DNA of 64,000 nt from Raillietiella orientalis (taxonomy: Eukaryota): positions 1,488,001 through 1,552,000 of the forward strand of contig JAYWIR010000013.1 of the NCBI GenBank assembly GCA_036172245.1, in the 5' to 3' direction. Shown here in pieces: positions 1 to 11,798 of this stretch. The stretch's first letter is position 1; the number at the start of each line of letters is the position of its first letter. A model generated the notes under the pieces. It saw nothing but the letters and a program-made list of their open reading frames with translations. It did not search any database and was not told the origin of the DNA. Made by a program: the position numbers and the translations under genes.

Positions 1-10
1 TTGATTTCAG

Positions 11-724
11 CTATCGAGCAACAGTGCTTAGAGTTCTACCTCATTTGCAAAAGTTGGACAATGTTGAGGTACACCCAGATGAAGTTGCTACAGCCAAGCA
101 ACTAGGTTCAAAGTTGTGTGAAGATGAGGAAAATCGGAACAGTTGTAATTCTGATGAAAATAGAGGTAAATTCTTAGTTTTAAGGGAAACTTTGTAGTTG
201 ATTGAGACAAAAACCAAATAAAAACATTTAAATGTTTTTAAGAAAGAAGGTGCCTCCATATTGTTGAATGGTCATAATCAAAACAGGCTTCATCCATTTA
301 GTGTAGAGAAAGCACCTGATTTGCTTCCTCATCATAGTCCTGTTTCCTCTACTGCAAAAGAAAATTTGACTCCTTGTTTAAAAGATTTCAGTGATTATCA
401 CAAGTATACTCAGGAAAAATCAAGCCAGGTATTTTACATGTAGTACTAGTGGATTACACATAGTGGATTTCACTGTTTCAGGAACAGTTAAAATATGCAG
501 ATTCACTCCCCCAAGATGCAGAAAACTGGAAGCAAGTTGCCCAAACACACTTGGCTAACAAGCAGTGCAAGGTAATGGTGTTTATGTCTCTGTACAATCA
601 TCTAGTTGGTTAGGCAGCGAACATATTATATGCTGTGCTTCACCTTATTAAAGAGTTAGATCTTGTCAGCTTGGAAGTCCTTGAAAAAGCAGTTAGCAGT
701 CAGATACAAGAATTGAAAGATTAG
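11..724 (+). CDS. CFAP410: Cilia- and flagella-associated protein 410 (C21orf2) homologue, 3' exons only; the gene starts before the window
   Basis: Exon from 11 reads YRATVLRVLPHLQKLDNVEVHPDE (LRR cap). Last exon 614-724 reads AANILYAVLHLIKELDLVSLEVLEKAVSSQIQELKD*, resembling the conserved C21orf2 C-terminal helix (NVLTAILLLLRELD). Exons approx. 11-165, ~247-428 (acceptor uncertain), 482-571, 614-724. AATAAA at 763-768. Confidence 0.85.
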
Positions 725-780
725 TGTTAGTTTCCAATTTTCAATTACATGCATTAGACAACAATAAATATATATTCTAT

Positions 781-2474
781 TCATTGGTCTATAATAATTG
801 TACACAATGCATCTTCCTCACACACTTCTAACACAGCAGCTGTGCCATCATTAAAATGGAATGACATGCCTCCATCAACAACTAACCAAGCATCCAGGCA
901 CCGAGATCGAACTTCAATTTGATGAGCTAATCCTCTTGGAGGTAACTCTTCCTCTCCCGGAATAATTCCAGATGAAATTGGATCTCGAATAGTGTATACA
1001 AGAAAAGGGCTTTCTGGATTCAAAATAAGACTCTGATTAAATCGGTTGGTTATGGAGTTAACTAAGTCAGCATTTTCTGGATCAAGGGAACAATTGGTTT
1101 CCTGACTGATAATTGATAAGAGGTTAGTTACACACTGATGGGTTAGTTTGTTAACATTGAAAGTCCAAGAAGTGGTTCCTGTTCCAGTACTGACAATGAA
1201 ACCGGAACATTTCTTCTTTAATTTAGGCTGTTGATCAATCTGAATTTCTAAGTATGAGACACGGGCTGACAAATATTCTCCCATGAACACCTGAAAGCTT
1301 TGTTAATCTATTTTCGCATAAAAAGTGCTCTCATCACCTCATTGAGTGCTAACACTGGCAGCTGCCGATGACATTGCATATCCCCAGGTTGTCTGGTTTC
1401 ATCCTCATTTAAATATTCAAAATACCTGTCAATGCACTTGAAATAAGAAGAGCTCAAGAGCTGTGCTCATGCTCACCTATGCTCAGGTTGTGGTAAATGT
1501 TGACTATGCAATTCCAGTGGTGGTTCATGCACCTGTTTACCCATCATGGTTATACGAATTCGCTGTCTGAACATCCACTTAAAAGCACCCTGTAGAGCAC
1601 AAAAGAAGCCTTGTTAAATTCCGATTTCAACTGTACTGTTAACCTCTTTTATTTTAAGGAGAGCTTCCTGTATGTTATGAGTGTACTGTTTAGGCAAACA
1701 CAAATATCCTTCTGACTTAGATGGATCTGTGTTAATTCCAATCAAGGGGATACTGCGATCTGTTATTCTGCTAGCAGCTAGTAAATATGTTCCATCTCCT
1801 CCAGTTGCAAACACTGCATCAGCCCAACTAAATTCTTCAGAAATGTTTGCAGAAAGCCTATTGATTATTTTAACCTCAATTCCAAGATTTCTCAGTCCAT
1901 CGATTACTTTCATTTCACTGGTTTTATGAACCTGATGATGCTTGAGAATAGCTCCATAATCTGCTCCACTCTCACTTAAGAGTGACTTAAGTTCATCTTC
2001 ACTAAGCGTAGAATTCCGTAATTTTTCGAATTCATATCTCGTCATTTTCGCAAAAATGATGGCCTTCTGTAGTTTAAAAGCTGTAGCACAATTATCAGCC
2101 ATTTTTGCCAGCACTGCAGAGCTACGTTTTATTTCATTTTTGGCACGGAAAATGTTTAACAACTTTCTACAATCTGGAAAAAAAGAAAAAAGGGGAACGG
2201 GTGAGGCACAAACTTTGGAAAGGCCGCAGAAGCAACAAATTTTAACGATTTGAAAACTCCCAGTTTCAAAAGTCCCTTAATTTGCAAATTACCGTTAGTT
2301 CGAAATGAATCGTGCAGAAACGAGCCCTTGTTGCATCACTTCAGGTTTTGATAGCCACACAGAAATATCCAACCAGTCCTGCGTGACTATGCTAACTTAA
2401 CTAATGAGCACTGGTAACAACAACACGTGCTTACCTTTCCCTTCCCTCACTGTAAGCATGAGTTGACGTCTCAT
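781..2474 (-). CDS. NADK2: NAD kinase 2, mitochondrial
   Basis: GGDGT motif (ATGGDGTYLLAAS), GINTDPSKSEGYLCL, ALNE/VFMGE and STGTGTTSW motifs. Exons 2474-2435, 2173-1644, 1589-1477, 1425-1338 and 1290-781 join in frame over GT-AG introns. The N-terminus MRRQLMLTVREGKDCRKLLNIFRAK is basic and resembles a mitochondrial presequence. Confidence 0.93.
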
Positions 2475-5400
2475 TCTAGAAAACGTATGGAAAGAATTCC
2501 ACGTTATATACCAGCACCACGCATCTTTTACCGCAGACAGGTACTACATGCCGTGTGCTGCCGGCAAAACAGCAGCAATCGCTTTGGCATAAAGAGAAAA
2601 TGACCAGCGAGCAGTGGGGATGGCAAGAGCGGCGCCGTTGATGACTACGAAGAGCGGAAGTTCTCAAACTTACAAGAAGGGCGGGGGCTGCTCGGGCAAC
2701 TGGCCGTGCCAGCAGTCGGCCCTTGCATGTAAAGGGGGGGATGCCAGGGCCGTTGCATGAAGGAAGAAGTAGGTGCACAGATTGGCAAGGCGGCGGTGGT
2801 TTTAGGCCACCGTCGTCTAGTGGAAATTTTGCTCGGTTTCTAAATTTTGCATGCACCTCCTTCCTGTAAGTGAGCATCTTTCAAGGCCACATCTGGTGGA
2901 TGCTGCGTTTTTAGTCGGGAACTTTCACTGCACTTGGGATCTCCTGGTAGTAACTGTGGAAGCTTTGCCAGGATGAACTGATCTCCAACATATGGCCGTT
3001 GTAGTCTGTGGACAAAAATTTCGATTCTACGAACACGCATCTTCCTCAGTTCTTCAACTTTAACATCGTTCTTCGACTTTGAAAATATCCCACTGGTTGG
3101 CTGCATGTTATCAAAATAGCAAAAAGCAACTTTCACTTTTCAGAATTCGTTGCCTCAAGACATCCAACTTTTCATAAACTTGACTTCATTTTATATGCTG
3201 TACATCTTCCCGATTTTTCATCAAACAGTAGAAAAGTGCCCAAGTTTCAGTGCAAAAAAACTTGTGCAACTTTACCACAGCACTTCTTATGGAATTCATA
3301 AATTAGTTCAGGAAATGCATTATTAACATTTTTCATTGAAATCCATATTTTTTGGAATTCTATCCAGCCTTTTTGTTAGTGAAAAAAAAAAAATTCATTA
3401 ATAGATTTATGCTAGTCACAGAGTTACAATGAAGTTTCCTTATAGACGCCGTTGGTAGACATACCAATGTGAATTTCATTTCACGTGCCCCTTCCCCCAA
3501 AAAAAACAAATTGTAGTTTTGAGGATGCTGCCTTATAATGAAAGCGGAAAAGACGAAAAGGTCATATTGGAAATGGTATCGGAGTTGAAGGCACACAAAG
3601 CTAACTGAAAACTTCCAAACCTCCACATAGTAAACTGAAGCATTCCCAATTATAATGACGATTTTTTCGGCATAATGTAATGATTACAATGCTGGGATTT
3701 TTAAAAACCAAATATGGATGACTATTAAGTGCCTCAAGTGTTCATTAACATTATCATTTTTGCTCCATTTTTTTTCAAAAAAATAAAAATAAATGAAGCA
3801 ATCCTGATGACTATTTTGAAAGAAAAGATCAAAAGTTTCCTAGAAAGATACATAGAAAAGAAAATTTCATAGCTCAGAAGTCAGGAAGGAAAAGACCTAA
3901 AGATTGCATAGTGGAACACCTAGGAAAATAAATGCTGACCTATAACGAACCCGAGATCATTACAAAAAATTTTCTACAATTTTCTTTTGAAAGGAAAGAG
4001 TTTTATCGTTTCTGCTTTTCTAACAGTTCCAGTTATTTATTCATCAAAGATTCCAAATCTCACAACAGTATTTGAAAAATTGACTGTCTTTGTTAGATTA
4101 TACAGTTGTGATCCTATATAGAGAACTTTTTAAAAATATCACCTTAAATATTTTGCACAAATTGAAACTAATCCTAACTGACATTAATGATGAAATTTCA
4201 AAAATTCCGAACGAATTCATACGCAAACCTCTGCACATGTAATTGCATGTGCAAAAATTCATCTCAATGTTTTTTTTCAGGAAAAGGTCATCATTTTAAA
4301 TAAGTAATGCACACACAATGAAATATGAATCCATCTATTGATACATGCGCGTTATTGTGTGTCTCACTTTATAGCTGCTATTTAAGAAAATATTTAAGAA
4401 AAACTTTTTAAGAAATAAAAAATAGTTCATAGATAGGTTTATCAAACTGCACTACGCGTTTACAAGAAGAAATGCTCGTTTGCAACATAGAGTCTAAATA
4501 TACAAGCAAATGAACCTCGAAGCTTCCTATCACGTTACGTTTGTTTCATGTATATGAGAAATATTATTATATGATTTATGTGTGCATACCCCGTGTCAGT
4601 TTGCATCTAAATGTTAGTAAGGTAGTTACGTAAAAGAAAGCTTGAATGTGCTGTTAGCTATAAAAAATATGATTGCTCCAACAGTAAATGCCACACCAAA
4701 TGTAAGCATCGGATTCATTCCTCATTCTGTGAATGCTCATTGCATATTTCACAACAGATTGCAGATTGCATATCTTTATTGAACTAAATCGGTCACCTAA
4801 TATTTAAAAGAATTTTTTTTTTTTAAAAAAGTGATGTTTCGTCAAGCTTTATTTCATACTTCTGCAGAGACACTCTTACCGATCTCCACAGCTTAACAAG
4901 AGAAAACACTCCACACCTTTGAAATCCAAAGAAAAGGGCCGTTGTAGGTGCCCAATGGGATTTGAAGTCTATCATGAAATGTGAAACCTCTATGACTGTA
5001 AAACTTGCATTTTGTATGTATGTAATTAAAAGTTTTTTTTTTTTTTTTGAAAGTTATTTTAACTGATGATTGCACCTCGTGAGGAAAATTCAAAGATTGG
5101 ATGAGAACGTAACTTTATGATCAAAGGGATGTCTCATCTTTTAGATCACAGATTATCGTTCGAAATGCGGATTGTAAAGTCATTTGTAAAGTCAATTTTG
5201 TAAAGTCATTGAATCGTATTATTGCTGCAATGCATTACCACAGTGAATAAATTTATCATTCGTTTCAGAAGTGATTCTTTTGTAATAATTGAAAGCGATG
5301 CACTAGTGTGTGCACGGAAGCATACACTGCTTGCATTTAATGAACCGATGAGTAAGCTTTGGAAAGGAATGAAATAGTGCGAGCATCTTTCCAAAAGCGG

Positions 5401-5576
5401 AGAAGGAAAAACTGTTTTTATCCTACTACGAATATAGCTTTCTTCCACATGGAAACACTGCAGTTAACGCACTGGAAATGCTCAGCTCCTCACTTTTAAA
5501 TAGTCACGAAAAGGTTATGCACCAGGGCAGCACTTGAGGAGTCGCAAGAGGAGAGGGAGGCACGGGAGCAACAAGG

Positions 5577-7824
5577 ATGGTGACAGAAAACGGGAACTCA
5601 TCGGAAGAGGGGTTTGTACTTTGTGTTTGCTCAGGTTTTGGCGTCCAGTTTCGTTTTTCGCGTGAATTTCGTAGTTCCAAACTTGTAAGCGGGGTTGTAA
5701 AGGTTCTTTGCTTATGAAATTGGAATTCCTAAGAAGTTCTTGCAACACGGAAACGAAAACGCAAAAAATTTCTTGCGCATCACCGTATTGGAAGCATATT
5801 CATTAGGCATTACTGGTAGTTAAATATTAGCAATCACGGAACTTATGAGTTCTCTTTCCCCGTTTAAATTATCAATGGTTATTACAAATTGTACTGCTGG
5901 AAATATTCAAATTTACCTTTACATTTGCAGGAAAAATGTGCTGTCGAAAAAGGCAATAAAGAAACAAGCAAAAGAGGCAGAAAAAGCTATGCGGAAGCTC
6001 GCTGCAACTGATCAACCTGTACACCAACTAAGGAGTAATTGCTATTGTTACTGCTCACAATTTGTTTAGGATGGAAGCTCAGGAGATACTGATTATTCTG
6101 AAGGTCTTTATGGTGAACTACCACTGCTTCAGTCCCAAAATAAAGTTGATCGGAAGCTAGAAAAAATAAAAGATATTTCATCGGAACTTGAGACGTCTCA
6201 GGTGTGGATAAGAGGTCGCTTACATACTAGTAGATCAAAAGGTACACAATATAAAAGATATAAATTATGAACCAGCTACTCTTTTAGGCAAACAGTGTTT
6301 CTTTGTCTTAAGACAGAATCATTGGAGCATACAATGTGTAGTTTGTGTTTCAAACACTGTTAGTCGTCAGATGGTCAAATTTGCTGGCAGGTGTTCTAGT
6401 AGCCATCCTGTGTTCCAACTATCATGCTTCTTTTAGTATCAATAAGGAATCCATAGTTGATGTACAAGGTTCTGTACAGCTTTCTCCTGTGGCAATAGAG
6501 GCCTGCAGTCAGAAGGATGTTGAGCTGCAAGTGATACAGTTGTTTGTGATCTGTGCCTCCCAGCCCCGACTGCCTCTTTTGATTGAAGATGCTTCTAGAC
6601 CTGAAGGAGTAACTGAAGGACTACAGTTACGGGTCAATCAAGATACTCGTCTTGATAATCGAGTACTGGACTTGAGGACATCAGCAAATCAATCCATTTT
6701 CCGCATTGAAGCAGCTATTTGTCGATTATTTCGGGAAGCTTTGGACCATATGAGTTTTGTGGAGATCCATACTCCCAAAATAATTTCAGCTGCCAGTGAG
6801 GGTGGTGCCAATGTTTTTCAAGTTAGCTACTTTAAACAGTCAGCATACTTGGCTCAGAGTCCTCAGCTTTACAAGCAGATGGCTATTGTGGCTGATTTTG
6901 ATCGAGTGTATTCAATTGGTGCAGGTCTGTTTATCAATGAAGGATAACTGGTCCATCCTACTATTTGAATTCATTTTTCACAAGCAGTGTTTCGTGCAGA
7001 AGATAGCAATACACATCGTCATTTAACTGAATTTGTTGGATTGGACTTGGAGATGGCTTTTAATTACCATTACCATGAAGTGCTGGAGGTTATTGGTTCT
7101 ATGTTCTGTCAGCTGTTTCGAGGCTTGGCAGAACAGTGTCAGGAAGAAATTGCCTCTGTTCATGCACAATATCCCAGCACACCTTTTCAGTTTGTTGAGC
7201 CAACTCTGATCTTGGAGCACCATCAGGCTGTGGATATGCTAAGACAAATTGGAGCCCACATGGAATACATGGATGATTTAACTACTGCAAATGAAAGATT
7301 GCTGGGGAAACTAGTGTTGCAGAAAGTAAGGCTTTAACTCTTTGTTTAACATTGAAAATATTATTTTGTAGTATCACACAGATTTTTTCATTTTGGATAA
7401 GTATCCTTTAGCTGTGAGACCATTTTATACAATGCCTGATCCCCATGATTCTGTAAGTGAACAACAGTAGCATATGGTACAGTAAGGGTTAAATTATTGC
7501 AGCGGTACTCCAATTCATATGATATGTTCATGAGAGGAGAGGAGATATTGTCTGGAGCCCAGCGGATCCATGACCCAGAATTGCTTACACAGCAAGCTAA
7601 GCAACATGGCATTGGTAAAAGATTATCTGTTCTATAAGCCAATTTTCAGTTGTTTCATAGATTTAGAAAAAATCAAGGCTTATGTGGAATCATTTAGTTA
7701 TGGCTGCCCTCCACATGCAGGAGGTGGGATTGGTTTGGAGAGGGTTTGCATGCTGTATCTGGGACTGGACAATATTCGCAAGACTTCCATGTTTCCACGT
7801 GATCCCCACCGATTAACTCCTTGA
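5577..7824 (+). CDS. DARS1: Aspartate--tRNA ligase, cytoplasmic
   Basis: Motifs [69 protein letters not shown] and GGGIGLER...[10 protein letters not shown]. Exons 5577-5611, 5931-6018, 6070-6241, 6288-6390, 6437-6924, 6988-7325, 7372-7452, 7503-7614 and 7661-7824 are all GT-AG bounded and in frame. Confidence 0.97.
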
Positions 7825-8835
7825 TGCCATGTGTGTGCAAGTTTCCATCTTGAGAAAGATGCGTTGTCACTCCCGAAGGGATGTAGTGTTTGTTATTGAG
7901 GGACTTGAGTGCTCACTGTGTAATCTCTGGGTATAAAATGATATTGTCACAAAATTACCAAAGCATTTTTTAATTACAAATGCTACACATTTATGATCAA
8001 ACTAATCTTACCTCTTGAGAACTCTTGGAGACAGAGCATGCGGAAAATTTGAATGCCTATAGTATATCTTGCAAAATTCACATCTCTCATCTGTAGACTT
8101 TGGTTTACATCAAAGAACTCCTGTTTCGTAAAGATCGATTTTACTACATTAAGAATGCCTTAAGAGAGAACTAACCTGTAGTTTATCTGAAGAAACAGTG
8201 AACGTACACCGTAATCGCACGCCCTTATATTATGGTGACTTGTTTTTAAATTGGATTGCACCGAAATACATTTGTGTTCATGCAAACTTTCCTGATATTT
8301 ATTTAATTGGTTATCATGAGGAATGCTGGAATTTGGCATATCATGGGGAGGGGAGGAGGGAAATACGCTTAAGATTTTACACATTGGACCAATTTAAACT
8401 AAAATGAGGAAACATCGAACAGCCTTTGCTGAGGAAACATCGAGGGTGTTATCATAACACCGTCCTTGAAGAGATGCAGTCTTGCCTCCTACTTCATCTT
8501 CCTCCCGTTCAAGAAAATGATCCCAACATTTTCACAGAGTTTAGTGTACACCGCGTTTCCCATACGACTCGTATTTTCCAAACAAGGAATTCCTGTGTTC
8601 GTCCGAGCTTTCTAGTGCAAGCTGTAATCCGTTCGTCATTTTCATCCTGCCCCTGTGGTCATATTGACTCGAATACGCTCATTCGCTAGCTCAGTGTTGT
8701 GTCTTCCTCAACATACGACACTTTTCTTTCCCTAGAAAAGCAATTTATCCCCGTAGAATCGGCTATGGGTAGTTGTGGCAATTGGCAATACAATGTGGCA
8801 AGTGTGCCGATTCTTCCTCATCGAGTGACATGGAG

Positions 8836-8872
8836 ACATCTCGGAAAATAAAACATCTCGGAAAATAAAACA
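8836..8872. repeat. 17-bp perfect tandem duplication (acatctcggaaaataaa x2)
   Basis: Directly visible in the sequence. Confidence 0.9.
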
Positions 8873-10417
8873 GCTATTCCCTACAACATTTCGAAGCACA
8901 TGCTAAAGATAAATCTGGGATCGGCTTAGTCTTTTAATGCGCAAGAACCGAGAAGGAAGGTTCTCGAGAGTTGATTAGCCTTCGCTTTTGTTCGTCAACA
9001 TTTCTCTACTCTCGCAACGTACTAAGGCGTTTTCTCCGCCTGCTGTCTTTAGAAATTCTGAGTTCCGATTCTTCTTCATCACCGCTTCGCTTCTCAGGAA
9101 ACAGTTTAAAAACAGGAATTTCCTAAACTCGAGAAAGTCGAGAGAAATTCTCAGAACTCCTGTGTCAGTTGAAACCGTGGTTAGCGCTCTTTCTAGTAAG
9201 CCTTTGAGACAACAGTAGAACCCAAAGCATAGACGCGTTTCATACTATAAGAATCTTTACACATCTCTCCGATCTTTCCAGTTCGCTACACTCTCAAATT
9301 CTCTCGTCGTCAGGAGCGAGAATCCGGAACTATTTCCCCTTAAAAGGAAAGTATTCGAAGAATCCACTGTGAAAAGGAACGACGTTTTTTTTCTGCGGCT
9401 GGGTCAGGGAAAGGGAGAACTGGTGGGAGAAAGAGTTTGTTGAACAGTTGCCACAAACGCTAGTCGCAGGAGAGCTCAAAAATCCGAGATCGACGCAAAA
9501 AGGACCGCAAACCATAAGCTAGGGGGTTAATTTGATGTTAATAGCAAAAAAATTTGGCAACAATACGAATCATTTAGTCCGATAAAAACTTCTAAGCACA
9601 GTGGCAATAACTCAAGGTAATGATCCACGATAAAGATAGTTTCGTGCCATAATAGTAGCTTGTAGTAGGGAGGAATTAATGACAATGGCAGAAACATGCA
9701 ATAACAGCGCGGGATGCAGTTGGCAACAATGCAGTCCTCAGTGCACCACATTTTCCAACCGGAAAGTCTTCTCGAAGGCCACGAGCCGGCTACGTCGTGA
9801 ACGCTGCATACCGACTACAACTTCATCCTCAATTAATGTAAATATTCTAATCAGTGTAATCAGCACTGTAAAATGAGAAGTGAAATACCCTTACTGCGTG
9901 TGCTTGTTAGGAAAAAGGGGGGGTGTACACGGGAAACTTCACGGCTGACAGCGGTGGAGGCTCAGGATGGAGAGCTGGGATGCGGCTGCCCGAATTCCTA
10001 AAGAAATGGTTCCATCCCTTCAGCTCCGGCACTTTGGAACCATGGGAGAACCTTTCGCAGAAGGAGATGCCAGTCAGAGTGACATTCAGGTCTGCTGCCG
10101 AGCTCGGGGAGGAAGCGATTGGAGAGGTAGGGGCGAGGTGAGAAGGTACATGTATTCCGTTTCTTCCTCCTGCGTCTCTCCTTCCTTCCCTCCCTCCCAC
10201 ATCCCGAAGGAGGCTTCTCCGTCCTCTTCCGGAAGCCGATTCGGAGAAGCTCGACCTCATGGCCTTTCTTCCGCGCCTCTAGAATGGCCGATTCTCTCTC
10301 CCCACCCCTTCTCTCCCCTGAAATGATTTTTTTCCTTCCCCCCTCCGTTCTTAAAAGCTACCATCCGTTTATTGCCTTATTCCAGACAAACGCAACCACT
10401 CTTCCTCATTTGGAAAA

Positions 10418-10981
10418 CTACCAGGAGAATGCCGTCTGCTTGCAGGAGCCAGACCGGCTCATCAGCTGCCCTCGGGGGCACCGGGAGCGGGAGATCTTGA
10501 AGATGCTGAAGAAGGTCACCTTATCAAGCGTGGAGCGTGGCGCTGCAGCCTGCATGTGGACTGTGTCACCCTCTCGGAATAGGTCGGTGAGCATGGATAG
10601 CATCCGCTCGAGTACCAGCGCCACCGAAGCATCCTCAACACGTCCTTGTGGGCCGTCCTCCGAGTCTGACCTCGGCAAAGACAACCACAGATCCTTCAGG
10701 GAGATGCGGTCCAGGGACTCCAGGAACTCCTGGTCCTCACTTCTGTAGGCTCTTGGATCGGCGACGTTGAACCCTGCTGTCGCCATGCTGGCGCGGAGTT
10801 CTTCCAGAGCACTCAGCCACCCTGTCGGAGAAGGTGTCCTCGTGGCCACCGCATCGGCGCTTGCCAGAGCTTGGTTGAGAAGCGACAGCCGCGCGGCCCC
10901 GTCTCCACCCGTCAGGGCACGTGCATTGGCGCCCCCGTGGAGCAGCAGGGGAAGCAGTAGGAGAGTCGGTGACGGGAGCAT
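10418..10981 (-). CDS. Putative secreted precursor protein (187 aa) with a C-terminal two-Cys loop; uncharacterised
   Basis: ATG at 10981 begins a signal-peptide-like stretch MLPSPTLLLLPLLLHGGANARA. The middle is acidic and probably helical. The only two Cys are in the C-terminal CPRGQLMSRSGSCKQTAFSW*. A minus-strand AATAAA lies at 10373-10368, about 45 nt after the stop. Confidence 0.6.
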   Translation of the reverse strand: MLPSPTLLLLPLLLHGGANARALTGGDGAARLSLLNQALASADAVATRTPSPTGWLSALEELRASMATAGFNVADPRAYRSEDQEFLESLDRISLKDLWLSLPRSDSEDGPQGRVEDASVALVLERMLSMLTDLFREGDTVHMQAAAPRSTLDKVTFFSIFKISRSRCPRGQLMSRSGSCKQTAFSW

Positions 10982-11798
10982 CGGGAAACGCTGGAGAAGA
11001 GCATGTGCGGGCGTTTTATCCCGAGACCACGGGTGCCCGCGGCTACCCAACGGCAGCGGGCGCCACGGATGGACGGACGTGCCCTCGGTCTGTCGGCCGA
11101 GCGTGGCCGGCAGCGCGCCTCTTCTCAGGAGTGGCCTCGCCTGTGACGGAATATCCGGAGTTGAAGGAGGCAGCTCGGCCACTGGGCGAGACCCTCCCCT
11201 CTCGTCTTCTCCGGGATCCGCCTGGCGGAGTGGCAACTTCTGATCATCGCGGTTCGACGTTGAGACCCAGCGCGAGAACCGGAGGGCATGGAAACATCCC
11301 CTCTCTTCCTCTTCCTCAGGAGAGCACCCCGACGGGGAACCCTCTCCCTCCTGCTCCCCTTCGAACTGAAGCGTCTGCCCGTCACACGTACGCAGCGGCG
11401 AACGCCGGTTGGAATTTGCTCGCTTGGAGTTTCCCGTCGCTGGTAACACCGTTGCATCCGAGTCGCGCCAGATGAGAGTTCCCTCCACGTGCGTGCGCAG
11501 CCGGTCGATACTCGTCGCCGCGACGATCGATCGTGCGCGGACAGACCGTCGGGCTGAAGCTCCCCAGGGGCAGGTACCGAAAAGAATAGGGGGGAGGGCG
11601 TGGAGAGGGACAGGATGGTGGCCGGAAGTGCACCCTTCTCGCGGCCTTCGTCTTCATCGGAGGGCGTGGACGCGTCGGATGCGCCGGAGGCGCCATTAGA
11701 GGCATCCGTTCGCCAGTGCGGGACGGACGCTCCTTCTGCGGGGACCGACGCCGACCTGCGTGCTGCTCCTTCTGCCCGAAGACCGCTCTGTCGACCGG

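Noticed and set aside
3800..5095. CTGATGA...GAAA hammerhead-like cores (near 3805 and 5063; also near 19193)
   Set aside because: No convincing stem II or stems I/III pairing.
5172..5210. Three spaced copies of tgtaaagtca, and similar short repeats at 8405-8443
   Set aside because: These are simple slippage-type duplications, not CRISPR-like: no unique spacers of constant length, and the context is eukaryotic.
7401..7410. GTATCCTTT, resembling a U12 5' splice site
   Set aside because: It lies inside the conserved AspRS coding motif [11 protein letters not shown]. Similar minus-strand matches near 26501-26510 and 25737-25746 have no matching exon or U12 branch site.
10982..11488. N-terminal 169 aa of the 356-aa minus-strand ORF
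   Set aside because: It starts at GTG and looks like low-information GC-rich read-through. The ATG at 10981 directly precedes a signal-peptide-like segment.
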